Below are positions 1 through 9,732 of a stretch of 64,000 nt of DNA, piece after piece; positions within the stretch are counted from its first letter, which is position 1; every line of letters starts with the position of its first letter. This DNA is from Escherichia phage vB_EcoM_G2285, in sequence record MK327933.1; one strand, 5' to 3'. A model generated the notes under the pieces. It did no database searches, was not told where the DNA came from, and was given only the letters and a program-made list of their open reading frames with translations. The position numbers were made by a program, and so were the translations under genes.

Positions 1-2214
1 TTATTTGGCCGCTTCCACGGCCTTCATGAATTTAACGATTTGAGCGACCTGTTCTTTGGAAAGAGTACCACGTCGTCCCATGTAGTCTGACACAATATGA
101 TAATTGGTTTCGAATTCAATAACCATTTTATCATCATTATCGTAAGCATTATCTTTAAGCTTATCGAAAATTTTAGCACACAATTCTAACTTCTTATTCA
201 GGTCTGTATTAGTAGCACCTGCGAATCGATTCCATCCCCAACGATTATTTACTGTTGAGAGTTTTGCAAAGTCTTTACTGATTTCTTTGTTCTTAGAGCT
301 AAAATACTTACTAAGGAAGTTAAGCTCTTCATTACGAGTAATATGATTCAAATAAGGCTGTGCTCTACGACTTGGTGATACATACTCATCATAATCCACT
401 TTATCGATTAGCGTAATATAGTCATTAATTGATTTTTCGAACAAGCATTCTACTTCACCAAGTTTACGAACTTTCTTAGCAATCTGTGGACGGACTACAG
501 TGAACTCTTTAATACCTGACAAATCAGCAATACGGGTCAAGAAATTAGAGTCATAGTTCAACCAACCTTTATCTGCGTCAAGACATTCAGCATTAGAACG
601 ATTACGAACTATGGCATAACCTTGGATTTCACCAGCTTCACTCGCTGGAATAAAAAGGTCTTCTGATACCCAAACATCGTTTTCATTCTTAAAGAACCGA
701 TGAGCACTCGGCGATTTAGGACGAGGCTCATTAGTCCGTTTCCTGACTTCAATCCATGGCTTAACGATTTGTAAAAGCTCTGAAGTCTTGTACATGTTAA
801 TGTTGTCGCCATCAAAGATAACTTTAAGGCGTTCCAGAAGTTTCATTGCATCTTCGTCTGTAGGGTCAACGAATAGTACACTTTTACCAAAACCGCGTGG
901 AACTTTACCAGTTAATTTAACCTCGTCTTTAGACATTTCAATTGAATTAAGAGCTCGCATTAATGGAACGCGTCCCTTAACGTCGTCAATAACAATTTCA
1001 ACATTTTTAATGTTAATGCCAATCAGACTGTTAATTGAAATGGTTGCCGTTGAGCTACCGCTTTCACGAATACGACGAAGACGAGGGGATTCAACGATAT
1101 CATATACAACGCCAAGGTTGCACCATTCAGGTCCCATTTTAAAACGTTTGTACAACTCAGAATAAGTTAGTTGTTCTTTAGAGTATTTCAGTGATTCAAT
1201 ATTAGAACCGGCTTTTTCCATGTATTTACGAGCGGTATAGCCAAGAGAATCAATTTCACGGAACACATGACGTGGGTATTTACAATCAATCCATTTCTTA
1301 GAATCTTCAGCGAACAATTTAGCATCGATTTCTGCAACGCGTTTATGGATATTTGCTACTGTACGTTTATCAAATGACAATGCTTCACGAGACGGGGCTA
1401 CATCTAGTTCACCCATAGGGAATTTAATATAAGCTGTAGTGCATCGTGTCATCATCCATGTTTGTTCTTTAATAACACTTCCGATTGGATATACAATACC
1501 ACCGTAAACAGCCATGATATTACCGCGTTCACCCCATGGAGCTTCCTTGGCTAAATAAACATCATCGAATTCCGGGAAGTATTTGATATCTTTAACACCA
1601 CGAACTTCTGCAATATCGCCGAGAGGACGCATAACATATGCAATTTCGGATGCAAACTTTTCAAAATCTTCCGGGTTAACCGGTACGACTACTTCTACAC
1701 CCGTACGGTCATCAGGACCCATCTTATCTACAAAGGTCGGCTTAATTTGTGGACCTGTGTCATCTTGGTAGATTACGTAACCACGAACTTCACCGTTGTG
1801 ATAAGATGTAAGGTTAAACGTATCGGTATATGCTAGTGGAGCTTTAGAGCCGAGTCCGAATCCACCAATGAAATCGTTACTCGATGTTTTAGTTGAAGCA
1901 AAATATGAGTTATAGATTCCTGGCTCTTCGTCATTACCTCGAATGGTGAAATCACTCATACCAGGACCAAAGTCTCGAACTACAAAACGTGGGTCTAAAC
2001 GACCTGGAGCCTGAACAATAAACTTATCAGTGCAACCATTAAGAATTTGTCCATCGATACAGTTTGTGATTAATTCGCGTACACAAGCCAATTCTTTGTT
2101 TGTATAAAGGTCATTAGACAAAATCTTATAAACTTTACTATTGCCTTGAATAGTGAATGCTGTGCTCTTACCGCCTGAACCAATAATCGTTTCTTTAGCC
2201 GTTTCAATAATCAT
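1..2214 (-). CDS. rIIA: rIIA protein (lysis inhibition / exclusion-sensitivity), complete
   Basis: 737 aa ORF; N-terminus MIIETAKETI..ELITN matches recalled T4 rIIA (GHKL-ATPase-like); stop codon at 1-3. Confidence 0.88.
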   Translation of the reverse strand: MIIETAKETIIGSGGKSTAFTIQGNSKVYKILSNDLYTNKELACVRELITNCIDGQILNGCTDKFIVQAPGRLDPRFVVRDFGPGMSDFTIRGNDEEPGIYNSYFASTKTSSNDFIGGFGLGSKAPLAYTDTFNLTSYHNGEVRGYVIYQDDTGPQIKPTFVDKMGPDDRTGVEVVVPVNPEDFEKFASEIAYVMRPLGDIAEVRGVKDIKYFPEFDDVYLAKEAPWGERGNIMAVYGGIVYPIGSVIKEQTWMMTRCTTAYIKFPMGELDVAPSREALSFDKRTVANIHKRVAEIDAKLFAEDSKKWIDCKYPRHVFREIDSLGYTARKYMEKAGSNIESLKYSKEQLTYSELYKRFKMGPEWCNLGVVYDIVESPRLRRIRESGSSTATISINSLIGINIKNVEIVIDDVKGRVPLMRALNSIEMSKDEVKLTGKVPRGFGKSVLFVDPTDEDAMKLLERLKVIFDGDNINMYKTSELLQIVKPWIEVRKRTNEPRPKSPSAHRFFKNENDVWVSEDLFIPASEAGEIQGYAIVRNRSNAECLDADKGWLNYDSNFLTRIADLSGIKEFTVVRPQIAKKVRKLGEVECLFEKSINDYITLIDKVDYDEYVSPSRRAQPYLNHITRNEELNFLSKYFSSKNKEISKDFAKLSTVNNRWGWNRFAGATNTDLNKKLELCAKIFDKLKDNAYDNDDKMVIEFETNYHIVSDYMGRRGTLSKEQVAQIVKFMKAVEAAK

Positions 2215-2226
2215 ATTTTTCTCTCA

Positions 2227-2427
2227 TCACAAGTTACGTTTAAAAATTTCTGCTACTTCAAGAAGTTCTTCTTTAGTAGCTGTATCGGTTTGTATTTTAT
2301 ATCGAATTTCTTTAAAGCGTTCTTTAAAGGACTCTGCTGACTCAATATCAAAAAATCTTTGGATAAGCCGGAATTCCCGGAGCACTGCTTTATCAAAAAG
2401 TTCCAAGTCCACGTTATATGTTCTCAT
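2227..2427 (-). CDS. small protein, positional equivalent of T4 rIIA.1
   Basis: 66 aa ORF immediately upstream of rIIA on same strand. Confidence 0.5.
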   Translation of the reverse strand: MRTYNVDLELFDKAVLREFRLIQRFFDIESAESFKERFKEIRYKIQTDTATKEELLEVAEIFKRNL

Positions 2428-2519
2428 AATATTCTCTTCAGTAGATTCCTAGGGCACTATTACTAAAGACCATATAATCTATCATCTTATGTGTAATAGT
2501 GCCTCAGGCTATTCAGGAT

Positions 2520-3620
2520 TTACGCTGTGAAGATTTTATCCCACATCGCAACAACTGCATCTCGATTATACTTCTTCCATACTGCTTCAGCACGTTTAAC
2601 TCGAGCTTCGTATGTGTCAGTGAATTCTAATACAGCTTTTGTGTAAAGCGCAACTACTTCTTTCTTAGGAGTAGAGGAATCAATTTCTACACGCACAGTA
2701 TCTGGGTCGTATTCGAATGTCGCATGAGGATAATCCTTAAAAACTAACTGGATTACAGGGACACCTTTAGAGATGGCTTCAATAGAACTATTCTCTACTG
2801 TACCTGTGTCAGGACACGTATTAATAAGTGCTTTAGCTGTTTTAAGACGTTCCATGATTTCACTGTGTGGAGCATCAATAATAACAGGATATTTAGCTGG
2901 TGGTGCCCATTTACTAGGACAATAACCAATACCATTTTCGCCTAGTGCTTTAATCGCTTCAAGAGCAACATCAGTACGACGCATTTTAGTGTCATAACGT
3001 TGTGCACTAATAATCAGATCAGTCGCCGGAAGAACTTCAGGTTTCTCATTCAAACAAATAACCGGATAATCTTCGGCTTCAAACAACGGATTTGCTCGCC
3101 AATAATCATAATCGATTTTGTCAGTCAGACCTGAAGTCATATAACAATATTTGCGTTCAAATTCACGGAAGGCTTTAGTAGGAGCATAACTCTTACCACC
3201 ATTCTTATGAATTTGAATAGTCTGGTCCCAAATTTGAACAATGCCGCGAGATACCGGTTCAAATGGTGTTGCCATAAAATTCTTATGAACTTTAGAGAGA
3301 CCTGCGTCTTTAATTGCCTGAACGGTTAGTTTAGTCGGTTCCATAGTAACAACAAAATCGTATTCATGGATGCCGGCTAGTTCAACAATCTTACGAGCCA
3401 TAGTATAACTCATACCTAGACTGAATTTAGTCAGATGACCAACAGGATGGTGTGTAACTTTCCAGTCACCAAACGTGTCATTATCAAAGCCGATATAATC
3501 AATATCAGCACCGATGGACACAAGATATTTCAACACATTTAAATGTACTGCTTCAAGACCACCTTGTACACGGTCAGGATTAAATGGGACCGCACGAGAT
3601 GGGATAAACATAACTTTCAT
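2520..3620 (-). CDS. GT-B (GT4-like) glycosyltransferase, candidate DNA sugar transferase
   Basis: 366 aa; C-terminal E-x7-E-type motif TVENSSIEAISKGVPVI typical of GT4 donor-binding domain; N-terminal MKVMFIP..GG..A Rossmann start. Confidence 0.65.
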   Translation of the reverse strand: MKVMFIPSRAVPFNPDRVQGGLEAVHLNVLKYLVSIGADIDYIGFDNDTFGDWKVTHHPVGHLTKFSLGMSYTMARKIVELAGIHEYDFVVTMEPTKLTVQAIKDAGLSKVHKNFMATPFEPVSRGIVQIWDQTIQIHKNGGKSYAPTKAFREFERKYCYMTSGLTDKIDYDYWRANPLFEAEDYPVICLNEKPEVLPATDLIISAQRYDTKMRRTDVALEAIKALGENGIGYCPSKWAPPAKYPVIIDAPHSEIMERLKTAKALINTCPDTGTVENSSIEAISKGVPVIQLVFKDYPHATFEYDPDTVRVEIDSSTPKKEVVALYTKAVLEFTDTYEARVKRAEAVWKKYNRDAVVAMWDKIFTA

Positions 3621-3634
3621 AATTAAGCCTTATT

Positions 3635-3663
3635 AAAATTAAAATGAAGCTCCCGAAGGAGCT
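3635..3663 (-). terminator. rho-independent terminator (stem AGCTCC / GGAGCT, TTCG loop, U-rich tail)
   Basis: perfect palindrome agctcccgaaggagct overlapping gp39 stop, followed on minus strand by TCATTTTAATTTT. Confidence 0.5.
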
Positions 3664-5483
3664 TAGGACATCCATTCTTTACGAAGTTCTGAATCATCAC
3701 CCAACAACATTTCAAAGAGTTCTTTCCAATTTTCAGGAAGTTTAACTACGTCGTACACAGGGTTCTGAATCATTTCACGATACTCTGACTTTTCAAGGGA
3801 GCCTAATCCCTTGATGTATCGAATACTATGCTTAGGCAGTGTATCTTTAACTTCTTCATACTCAGCTACAGTATAAAACCATTTTTGAGTTTTGCCAATT
3901 TGTGCAATAATTACAGGTGTTTTAACAAAGCGAATACGTCCTTGTTCAAACAATTCGGGCCAATTACTAAAGAAAGCAAGCAAAGACGGATAAATACTTC
4001 CAAGACCGTCATGATCGGCATCGGTCATAATTGCAATATTACGATAGTTCGTATTCTCTGCCTTTTCACCAAGAATAAGACCTGTGATAGCACAGATATC
4101 AAAGAGCTCTTTGTTCTTCATCATATCAGCATATGACATACCCCAGCTATTCATCACCTTACCGCGTAATGGGAATCCGCCGTGTAGTTCACGGTCACGA
4201 ACATCAATGAGATAACCAATTGCCGAATCACCTTCTGTTAAGAACAATGTCGTATCTGCATCTTTACCACATTGGTTAGCTTTAATATGCTTATGAACCT
4301 TAGCTTTAGTTGCCTTTTTAGCTGCTTTAGTTTCTGCAGCCTTTTCTGCCGCCAATTTACGAGCTAATGCGGCTTCAATTATAGGCATTAAAACTGCTTC
4401 AGAATTCAAAATATTTTTTGCCAATTTTTTGGTATCTAATTTAATATGCGTCCGAATTTCGCCATAAGGACTTGTTAAACGCTCTTTGGTTTGGGAATCA
4501 AAACGAAGGTTCTTCATTCCACGAACGAACATTAAGAGAGTGAGACATTCCTTGATGCGCGCTTTAGTCACGTCGATTTTATATTTGCGTTTAATAGCCG
4601 GAATTAATTCTTCGCAAATGTCGTCCATCACACATTCAATGTGATGACCACCATTTTTAGTATGGATGTTATTCACATAAGTTAAATGACGGAAGCCATC
4701 TGGTGACCGACTAATGGCAATAGAGCATCCGTCTTGTTCTTGAATGATGGTCTCTTCATCAAATTGTTTAGCAAACTTCTTAAAGTTACCTTGAATCTTT
4801 TTGCCATTAAATTTAAATTCAATACCAGGATAAACGACTGCCAATGTTTGGAGCCGGTCTATAGTAATATCTTGGTATATTTTTTCAAATTGATTCATTT
4901 CAAAATGAGAGAAATCAGGAATAAACTCGACCTTAGTCCCGTTGTTTTTAGACGGCTTAGATTTCCAAGAAATATTATCAGCATTATTAGAACAATTAAC
5001 TGTCAATTCATTTTTACCATCTGAAGTAGTGCCAACAAAAGAGACAGAAAAAATATTTGTTAATGAAGAACCGACACCGTTTTGTCCACCCGTAACACGT
5101 TCTTTGTCGTCACCAAAGTTGCCACCGGCTTTTGTACGTGTCCACGCCGCAACTGGTCCTGGAATTTCTTCTCCTTCAGGAGTAATAACTGTTTCTTGAG
5201 GAATACCTCGACCATTATCTTCAACAGTCACTTTATTAGAATTTAAATCAATACTAACGGAAATTTTATTAGCATATTTGAAATTGGTTCGAATAGCTTC
5301 GTCTACCGAGTTGTCAATAATTTCATCAATTAATTTGAGAACACCTGCAACATATTTAACCTTTTTAAATTCACCAAATAGGAAACGTTCTTGTTCTTCA
5401 TTGGCAACACTTCCAATATACATGCCAGGACGCTTCAAACAATGCTCTTTATCAGATAGCATTTCAATTTTATTATCAATCAT
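3663..5483 (-). CDS. 39: DNA topoisomerase II large subunit (gene 39 with gene 60 fused, GyrB-like ATPase)
   Basis: HCLKRPGMYIGS GyrB-type motif; ~606 aa continuous ORF; start set at ATG 5483 (track start 5498 is TTG). Confidence 0.85.
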   Translation of the reverse strand: MIDNKIEMLSDKEHCLKRPGMYIGSVANEEQERFLFGEFKKVKYVAGVLKLIDEIIDNSVDEAIRTNFKYANKISVSIDLNSNKVTVEDNGRGIPQETVITPEGEEIPGPVAAWTRTKAGGNFGDDKERVTGGQNGVGSSLTNIFSVSFVGTTSDGKNELTVNCSNNADNISWKSKPSKNNGTKVEFIPDFSHFEMNQFEKIYQDITIDRLQTLAVVYPGIEFKFNGKKIQGNFKKFAKQFDEETIIQEQDGCSIAISRSPDGFRHLTYVNNIHTKNGGHHIECVMDDICEELIPAIKRKYKIDVTKARIKECLTLLMFVRGMKNLRFDSQTKERLTSPYGEIRTHIKLDTKKLAKNILNSEAVLMPIIEAALARKLAAEKAAETKAAKKATKAKVHKHIKANQCGKDADTTLFLTEGDSAIGYLIDVRDRELHGGFPLRGKVMNSWGMSYADMMKNKELFDICAITGLILGEKAENTNYRNIAIMTDADHDGLGSIYPSLLAFFSNWPELFEQGRIRFVKTPVIIAQIGKTQKWFYTVAEYEEVKDTLPKHSIRYIKGLGSLEKSEYREMIQNPVYDVVKLPENWKELFEMLLGDDSELRKEWMS

Positions 5484-6159
5484 TAGATTTTCTCTCAAAT
5501 TGCATGACTATATTTTTGTATGAACCTTCCGGAAATCCACGTTTAATGCTTTCTTTAGCAAATTTCCCAACCTTTGGTTTATCCAATTCTAACCATAATT
5601 TATATAAAGCAGATTCATATTCCCATACAGGACTTTTACGATTTTTAAGCCCACACTTTATAAGCGCTTCCTTTGTATGTTTCTTATTATAAAATGGATT
5701 GTTTTTGCCACTCATTGCTTTAGAATGTTCCGGGCGCTTAATTCCATACATCGGATTAAGATTGCCTTTCTTGATAATGGATTGTAGTTCAATAGTTTCT
5801 TCAGAGTGATTGTGTCCATAAAATGGATTTAACTCTTTTGAAACATCCATACCAAAACACCCATCGACTGTGGCATAAGACATGTTGAAAAATTTTTCAG
5901 ATTTAACCACATTATGCAATTTCTGGTAATACAACTCACAAAACGTCGCTTCTTCCCGTGTATCAAATTCGCCAATAATACATGAATCAAATAAATGAGG
6001 ATTATCTTTTATCTCTTTATCATAAATTTGTTTATATTTTTTCGACTTTACCGTACCATGATAGTAATTGTTTGTATGTTTATCAAGATAAGTAGACCCT
6101 ATATAAAACGGTGGCAACTTATCGCCTGTGTATATTGTTAAGTATGTTATGTATTTCAT
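5476..6159 (-). CDS. GIY-YIG homing endonuclease (Seg-like)
   Basis: N-terminal YLTIYTGDKLPPFYIGST GIY-YIG motif; NPxYG (NUMOD-like) repeats; C-terminal DNA-binding region. Confidence 0.7.
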   Translation of the reverse strand: MKYITYLTIYTGDKLPPFYIGSTYLDKHTNNYYHGTVKSKKYKQIYDKEIKDNPHLFDSCIIGEFDTREEATFCELYYQKLHNVVKSEKFFNMSYATVDGCFGMDVSKELNPFYGHNHSEETIELQSIIKKGNLNPMYGIKRPEHSKAMSGKNNPFYNKKHTKEALIKCGLKNRKSPVWEYESALYKLWLELDKPKVGKFAKESIKRGFPEGSYKNIVMQFERKSND

Positions 6160-6180
6160 AAAGGTATTCTATCGTCCGAA

Positions 6181-6208
6181 ATCTAAAGCAAAAAGGGCCG
6201 AAGCCCTT
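6181..6208 (-). terminator. rho-independent terminator
   Basis: minus strand AAGGGC-TTCG-GCCCTT followed by TTTTGCTTT; overlaps stop of upstream ORF. Confidence 0.6.
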
Positions 6209-6632
6209 ATTTAAATTTAATTTTCTGAAGTGCATCAATTGCAGCTAAACGCCCTTGTTCACTTTTAACTGTAATGACCACATCGCCTGATATGATCACC
6301 GAGCCATCAACAAATTCTATAGAGCCTTTTTTGAAATCGACAGCTGTATCTGGTTCCTGAACTTCTTCAAAGAATTTAAATTCTGCACCATAAAGCAGAA
6401 TATCGCCTTGCATACTATGAATAGTTCGGCCATAATCGCCTACGGCTTCTACAGCAATCATCGAAACGCCGTAACCAATCATCTCTTCCACAATAAAATC
6501 TTTGGACAATAAAGTAGTATGCAGATTAGTATTAAGACGTTTACCAGTCGTATTAAGAATTCTCAAGAAATTATCTTCTTGTCCTTTGATAATACGATAT
6601 TTCTTACCAACTTCAAAACCTTTAAAAGCCAT
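6207..6632 (-). CDS. hypothetical protein
   Basis: 141 aa ORF in minus-strand gene train. Confidence 0.5.
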   Translation of the reverse strand: MAFKGFEVGKKYRIIKGQEDNFLRILNTTGKRLNTNLHTTLLSKDFIVEEMIGYGVSMIAVEAVGDYGRTIHSMQGDILLYGAEFKFFEEVQEPDTAVDFKKGSIEFVDGSVIISGDVVITVKSEQGRLAAIDALQKIKFK

Positions 6633-6634
6633 AA

Positions 6635-6814
6635 TTAACCCTTCTTAAGTAAGTCGTAAAAACCACCGTTCACATGTTTAGGAGCAGAAACCCGACGAGT
6701 AGACAGACGATGACATTCAGGGCAAACATCGTTTTCTCGTTCAGAAATCCTTTTAATTTTTTCATATTCATGGCCACAATCTTCAGATTGGCATTTATAG
6801 TCGTATAACGGCAT
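6635..6814 (-). CDS. zinc-ribbon protein (FmdB-like CxxC...CxxC), 59 aa, absent from ORF track
   Basis: hand translation [59 protein letters not shown]; two CxxC pairs. Confidence 0.6.
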   Translation of the reverse strand: MPLYDYKCQSEDCGHEYEKIKRISERENDVCPECHRLSTRRVSAPKHVNGGFYDLLKKG

Positions 6815-7227
6815 TATTGTTCCTTAAAGTGAGCTTTCAACATTTGATACAAAGACCATGCCTGGTCATTATTTTCGATAGTAATAGTCATCACAGGAAA
6901 TTCAGACAATTCGCCAAGTTCACCAGAATCTTGCTCTTCAGGCGCTTGATACGGATTTTCAACTTCGTCAAAGAATTCTGCTTCATTCGTGGAGAGCCAG
7001 ATAAAGTTTTCATCAAGGATATCACCGCCTGTTGCGTATCCAACCATGCCAGTAGATGTCACAATTTTAGTAGGACGACCAAGATGGTCAACATCTAATA
7101 CTTTAAATGGTTCCATGCCAAGACGTCGTGCATAAATCCCATTATCAGTGTGGTCTTTAATAAACTCTTCTTGGGCACGTTTATCTTTAAATTGGTACCA
7201 TGAGTTAACGCGGAATTTATTAGCCAT
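6814..7227 (-). CDS. hypothetical protein
   Basis: ORF; start chosen at ATG overlapping upstream stop (TAATG). Confidence 0.45.
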   Translation of the reverse strand: MANKFRVNSWYQFKDKRAQEEFIKDHTDNGIYARRLGMEPFKVLDVDHLGRPTKIVTSTGMVGYATGGDILDENFIWLSTNEAEFFDEVENPYQAPEEQDSGELGELSEFPVMTITIENNDQAWSLYQMLKAHFKEQ

Positions 7228-7454
7228 TAGTAAGTTTCCTTCCAATAAGTTGTACCGTTTTCAGTGATTTCACGGAAGATACCATAGATAGGCATTTCAT
7301 CGCCGAGTTTTTCGTAAACGTAAACCACTTCAGTGTAGCATAAAAATTCAGCCCAGTTTTTCTGTACAACAACTAAATCAGGATTAAACAGAACATCTTC
7401 AAACTCATCGATGTTTGAATCAGTAGTTACGTTTTTAATGATTTGACGTTTCAT
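7227..7454 (-). CDS. hypothetical protein
   Basis: start set at internal ATG with SD AGAGGAGAA; track N-terminal extension runs through the promoter. Confidence 0.45.
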   Translation of the reverse strand: MKRQIIKNVTTDSNIDEFEDVLFNPDLVVVQKNWAEFLCYTEVVYVYEKLGDEMPIYGIFREITENGTTYWKETY

Positions 7455-7482
7455 AATATTCTCCTCTTGTTTTGATAGGTCT

Positions 7483-7511
7483 ATAGTATCATAGACCATA
7501 GTTGTTGTACA
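7483..7511 (-). promoter_or_regulatory. early-type promoter (-35 TGTACA, 17 bp, -10 TACTAT)
   Basis: minus strand TGTACA-N17-TACTAT then AGACCTATCAAAACAAGAGGAG..ATG. Confidence 0.45.
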
Positions 7512-8036
7512 TCATTTTAGCAAAATAAAATCAACTTGTTCAGCCAATGAACGTCTAAACATTAATTGACAACTTCCGAGGATGAAATCAGGTGCTTCAT
7601 AGACCGCGATGTAGTATCCTTTAGCTTTCAAGAGTTCAACATCCACCTGGTCATCAAACCATGCATAAACCGCGTCAACACTTTCAAATCCAAAATAGAA
7701 CCCTTGAGCCCAATCTTCGTTCAATTCAAATGTGTGCTCAATTCTATAGTATCTTAAGATATTTTGTTCAAGGAGTTTGTCTTCATTTACTGTAGGACGA
7801 TTAGGGACATTATAGTTGTCGCCGTGATGGTAGAAGTTACCTGAGATTATTCCATGTTTATCAAGGAACTCCCATGTTTCTTCAGAGTTGTCGGTGCCCG
7901 ACCAACCGTATGGCGAGCGAGGTTCTTTATTCCAAGAGGTTTCCCAAATTCTGACGGCTTTACCGTCTTCAATAGCAATTCCTGGTAATGATTCACGTTG
8001 AGTACAAAAACTACGTTCTACGCGGTAAACTAACAT
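7512..8036 (-). CDS. hypothetical protein
   Basis: 174 aa ORF with SD GAGGAGAA upstream. Confidence 0.5.
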   Translation of the reverse strand: MLVYRVERSFCTQRESLPGIAIEDGKAVRIWETSWNKEPRSPYGWSGTDNSEETWEFLDKHGIISGNFYHHGDNYNVPNRPTVNEDKLLEQNILRYYRIEHTFELNEDWAQGFYFGFESVDAVYAWFDDQVDVELLKAKGYYIAVYEAPDFILGSCQLMFRRSLAEQVDFILLK

Positions 8037-8062
8037 ATTATTCTCCTCTGGTTGATATGGTT

Positions 8063-8091
8063 ATAATATCAAAACCAGAGGAAAAGTAAAC
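8063..8091 (-). promoter_or_regulatory. early-type promoter (-35 GTTTAC, 17 bp, -10 TATTAT) inside palindrome
   Basis: minus GTTTAC-N17-TATTAT; arms CCTCTGGTT/AACCAGAGG flank the -10. Confidence 0.5.
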
Positions 8092-8095
8092 AACT

Positions 8096-8515
8096 TTATG
8101 CAAAAGATGCTGGACAATATTTTTTGATTTGGAACTCAGGAACTACCATGAACTGTCCAGCGAAAACGATGTTATAAAGCTTAACACCATCTTCTACCCA
8201 TTGGTCCGAAATAAAACCGGCAACTTGATTCGTTGTCCATGGAGACCCGTCAGTTGCAGCAGCAATAGTAAATTCATGGTCTTTTACAACTAAAACAGAC
8301 CTGCACAGTTTCCATTTGAACGCACGTTCTTCTGGCTCAATGAACTGGCTTTTAACGTAACCAATGTTACCATCGGCGTCACGAACTTTAACTTCGTTAC
8401 GTCCAAAAACCGGATCACTCACAGAAAGAACTTCAACCAACTTCCCAGCAACTTTAGAGCGAGAAGCATCCGATACGTGTACATAATCACCTGTAGAGAG
8501 ATTCACAATATTCAT
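8096..8515 (-). CDS. hypothetical protein, tandem paralog A
   Basis: 139 aa; shares GFISDQWVEDG.KLYNIVF block with next ORF. Confidence 0.55.
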   Translation of the reverse strand: MNIVNLSTGDYVHVSDASRSKVAGKLVEVLSVSDPVFGRNEVKVRDADGNIGYVKSQFIEPEERAFKWKLCRSVLVVKDHEFTIAAATDGSPWTTNQVAGFISDQWVEDGVKLYNIVFAGQFMVVPEFQIKKYCPASFA

Positions 8516-8524
8516 AATAATTCC

Positions 8525-8980
8525 TTAAGCTTTACGAGGAGACACATAGCGAGTGATTTCAGATTCTTTAACAACTCGGAAGTCACCTAAGAATACGATA
8601 TTGTATAACTTTTCACCATCTTCAACCCATTGGTCACTAATGAAGCCACACATGGTATCAGTTGTGCTTGGATAACCGTATTCATCGATGAAGTCAAATT
8701 CTTTATCAGTCTGGAATTCAACACCTTTACACAAGGCCCATTTGAACTGTACATTAGGTTCAGTAGAAGCAGATGGAGCGCTCACACGAGTTTCCAGGAA
8801 TTTAGGACTTACGTAAGCGTACTGAGTATCCTGACGTCCAAAACTAGGAATGATTCGAACTTTAACTTCTTTAATACGTCCCATGCCATTTGTGCGAAGT
8901 CCGACAACTTCAACCAGACGACCTGCGGCTTTAGACCGGGATGCAGTTGATACAAGAAGGATTTCACCAATAGTAATCAT
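8525..8980 (-). CDS. hypothetical protein, tandem paralog B
   Basis: paralog of 8096-8515; start set at internal ATG because track extension overlaps promoter -10. Confidence 0.55.
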   Translation of the reverse strand: MITIGEILLVSTASRSKAAGRLVEVVGLRTNGMGRIKEVKVRIIPSFGRQDTQYAYVSPKFLETRVSAPSASTEPNVQFKWALCKGVEFQTDKEFDFIDEYGYPSTTDTMCGFISDQWVEDGEKLYNIVFLGDFRVVKESEITRYVSPRKA

Positions 8981-9001
8981 ATTTTTTCTCTCTTTGTTTA
9001 A

Positions 9002-9031
9002 GTTGAATTCATTATACTCCATCCATCCTTG
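9002..9031 (-). promoter_or_regulatory. early-type promoter (-35 GTTTAC, -10 TATAAT with TGGAG extension)
   Basis: minus GTTTAC-N18-TATAAT; spacer holds palindrome CATCCAAGGATG. Confidence 0.5.
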
Positions 9032-9045
9032 GATGTAAACTGGTT

Positions 9046-9723
9046 TTATCGCTGTTTTACACTTAACGGGTCAGGATTCTCAGGGACATCTTCAAGGCCA
9101 AGCGCATAACGCTGAGCATATTTTAACATCAAAATATCTTTAGCACAATCATGAATACTATCATGGGCAACGAATCCTTTTAGCGTACCCATCGGTAATG
9201 GACATATACTTAATCCTCGTGTCAACGAGTAAGCTTCGATTGCCGTACGAATATCACGTTGAGCCCAGAATTTAACCGGTTCTAATTTATCAGTATCAAT
9301 ATCTGGTTCAAGAACACCTTCATCACGATAGAGGTCACGAATCAAATCGACCAAGATCGGGAAGTCAAAGCTCATACCACGGCACCACATCTGTGATTTC
9401 CATTGGTCAACTTTATTAGCTCGGCAATAATCTAAAAAGATTTTAATGCCTTCAAGCGTAGTGACATCGTCTTCAGACGGAGCCAAGTTTTTACGTGCTT
9501 CAGTCGATTGTTCTTTCCACCATTTCATAGTGGATTTAGCGAAAACTCGCTTCCCTTTCTGAGAAGCTAAATTAAATTTAATTCGCTTACCTCGTTGAAC
9601 AAGTTCTTCAAATGATTCAACAACTTCAGGGTCGGAATTATATGCAATAACCGCAAGGTCAATAACAGCCGCTTTTGATGTATTGCCGAATGTTTCAAAA
9701 TCTATAATAACATCAGTGCTCAT
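9046..9723 (-). CDS. dexA: exonuclease A
   Basis: 225 aa; MSTDVIIDFETFG..AVIDLAVIA..CRGMSFDFPILVDLIRD matches recalled T4 DexA. Confidence 0.88.
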   Translation of the reverse strand: MSTDVIIDFETFGNTSKAAVIDLAVIAYNSDPEVVESFEELVQRGKRIKFNLASQKGKRVFAKSTMKWWKEQSTEARKNLAPSEDDVTTLEGIKIFLDYCRANKVDQWKSQMWCRGMSFDFPILVDLIRDLYRDEGVLEPDIDTDKLEPVKFWAQRDIRTAIEAYSLTRGLSICPLPMGTLKGFVAHDSIHDCAKDILMLKYAQRYALGLEDVPENPDPLSVKQR

Positions 9724-9732
9724 AATTTTCTC

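Noticed and set aside
3663-5483. Gene 60-type 50-nt translational bypass (hop) in the topoisomerase gene
   Set aside because: The gene 39/60 reading frame is continuous across the whole 606 codons; no in-frame stop followed by a take-off/landing codon pair is seen.
8981-9022. N-terminal extension MEYNEFNLNKERKN of the 8525-9022 ORF
   Set aside because: The first ATG lies inside the promoter -10 (GGAGTATAATG); the internal ATG at 8980 has a proper SD and matches the paralog N-terminus.
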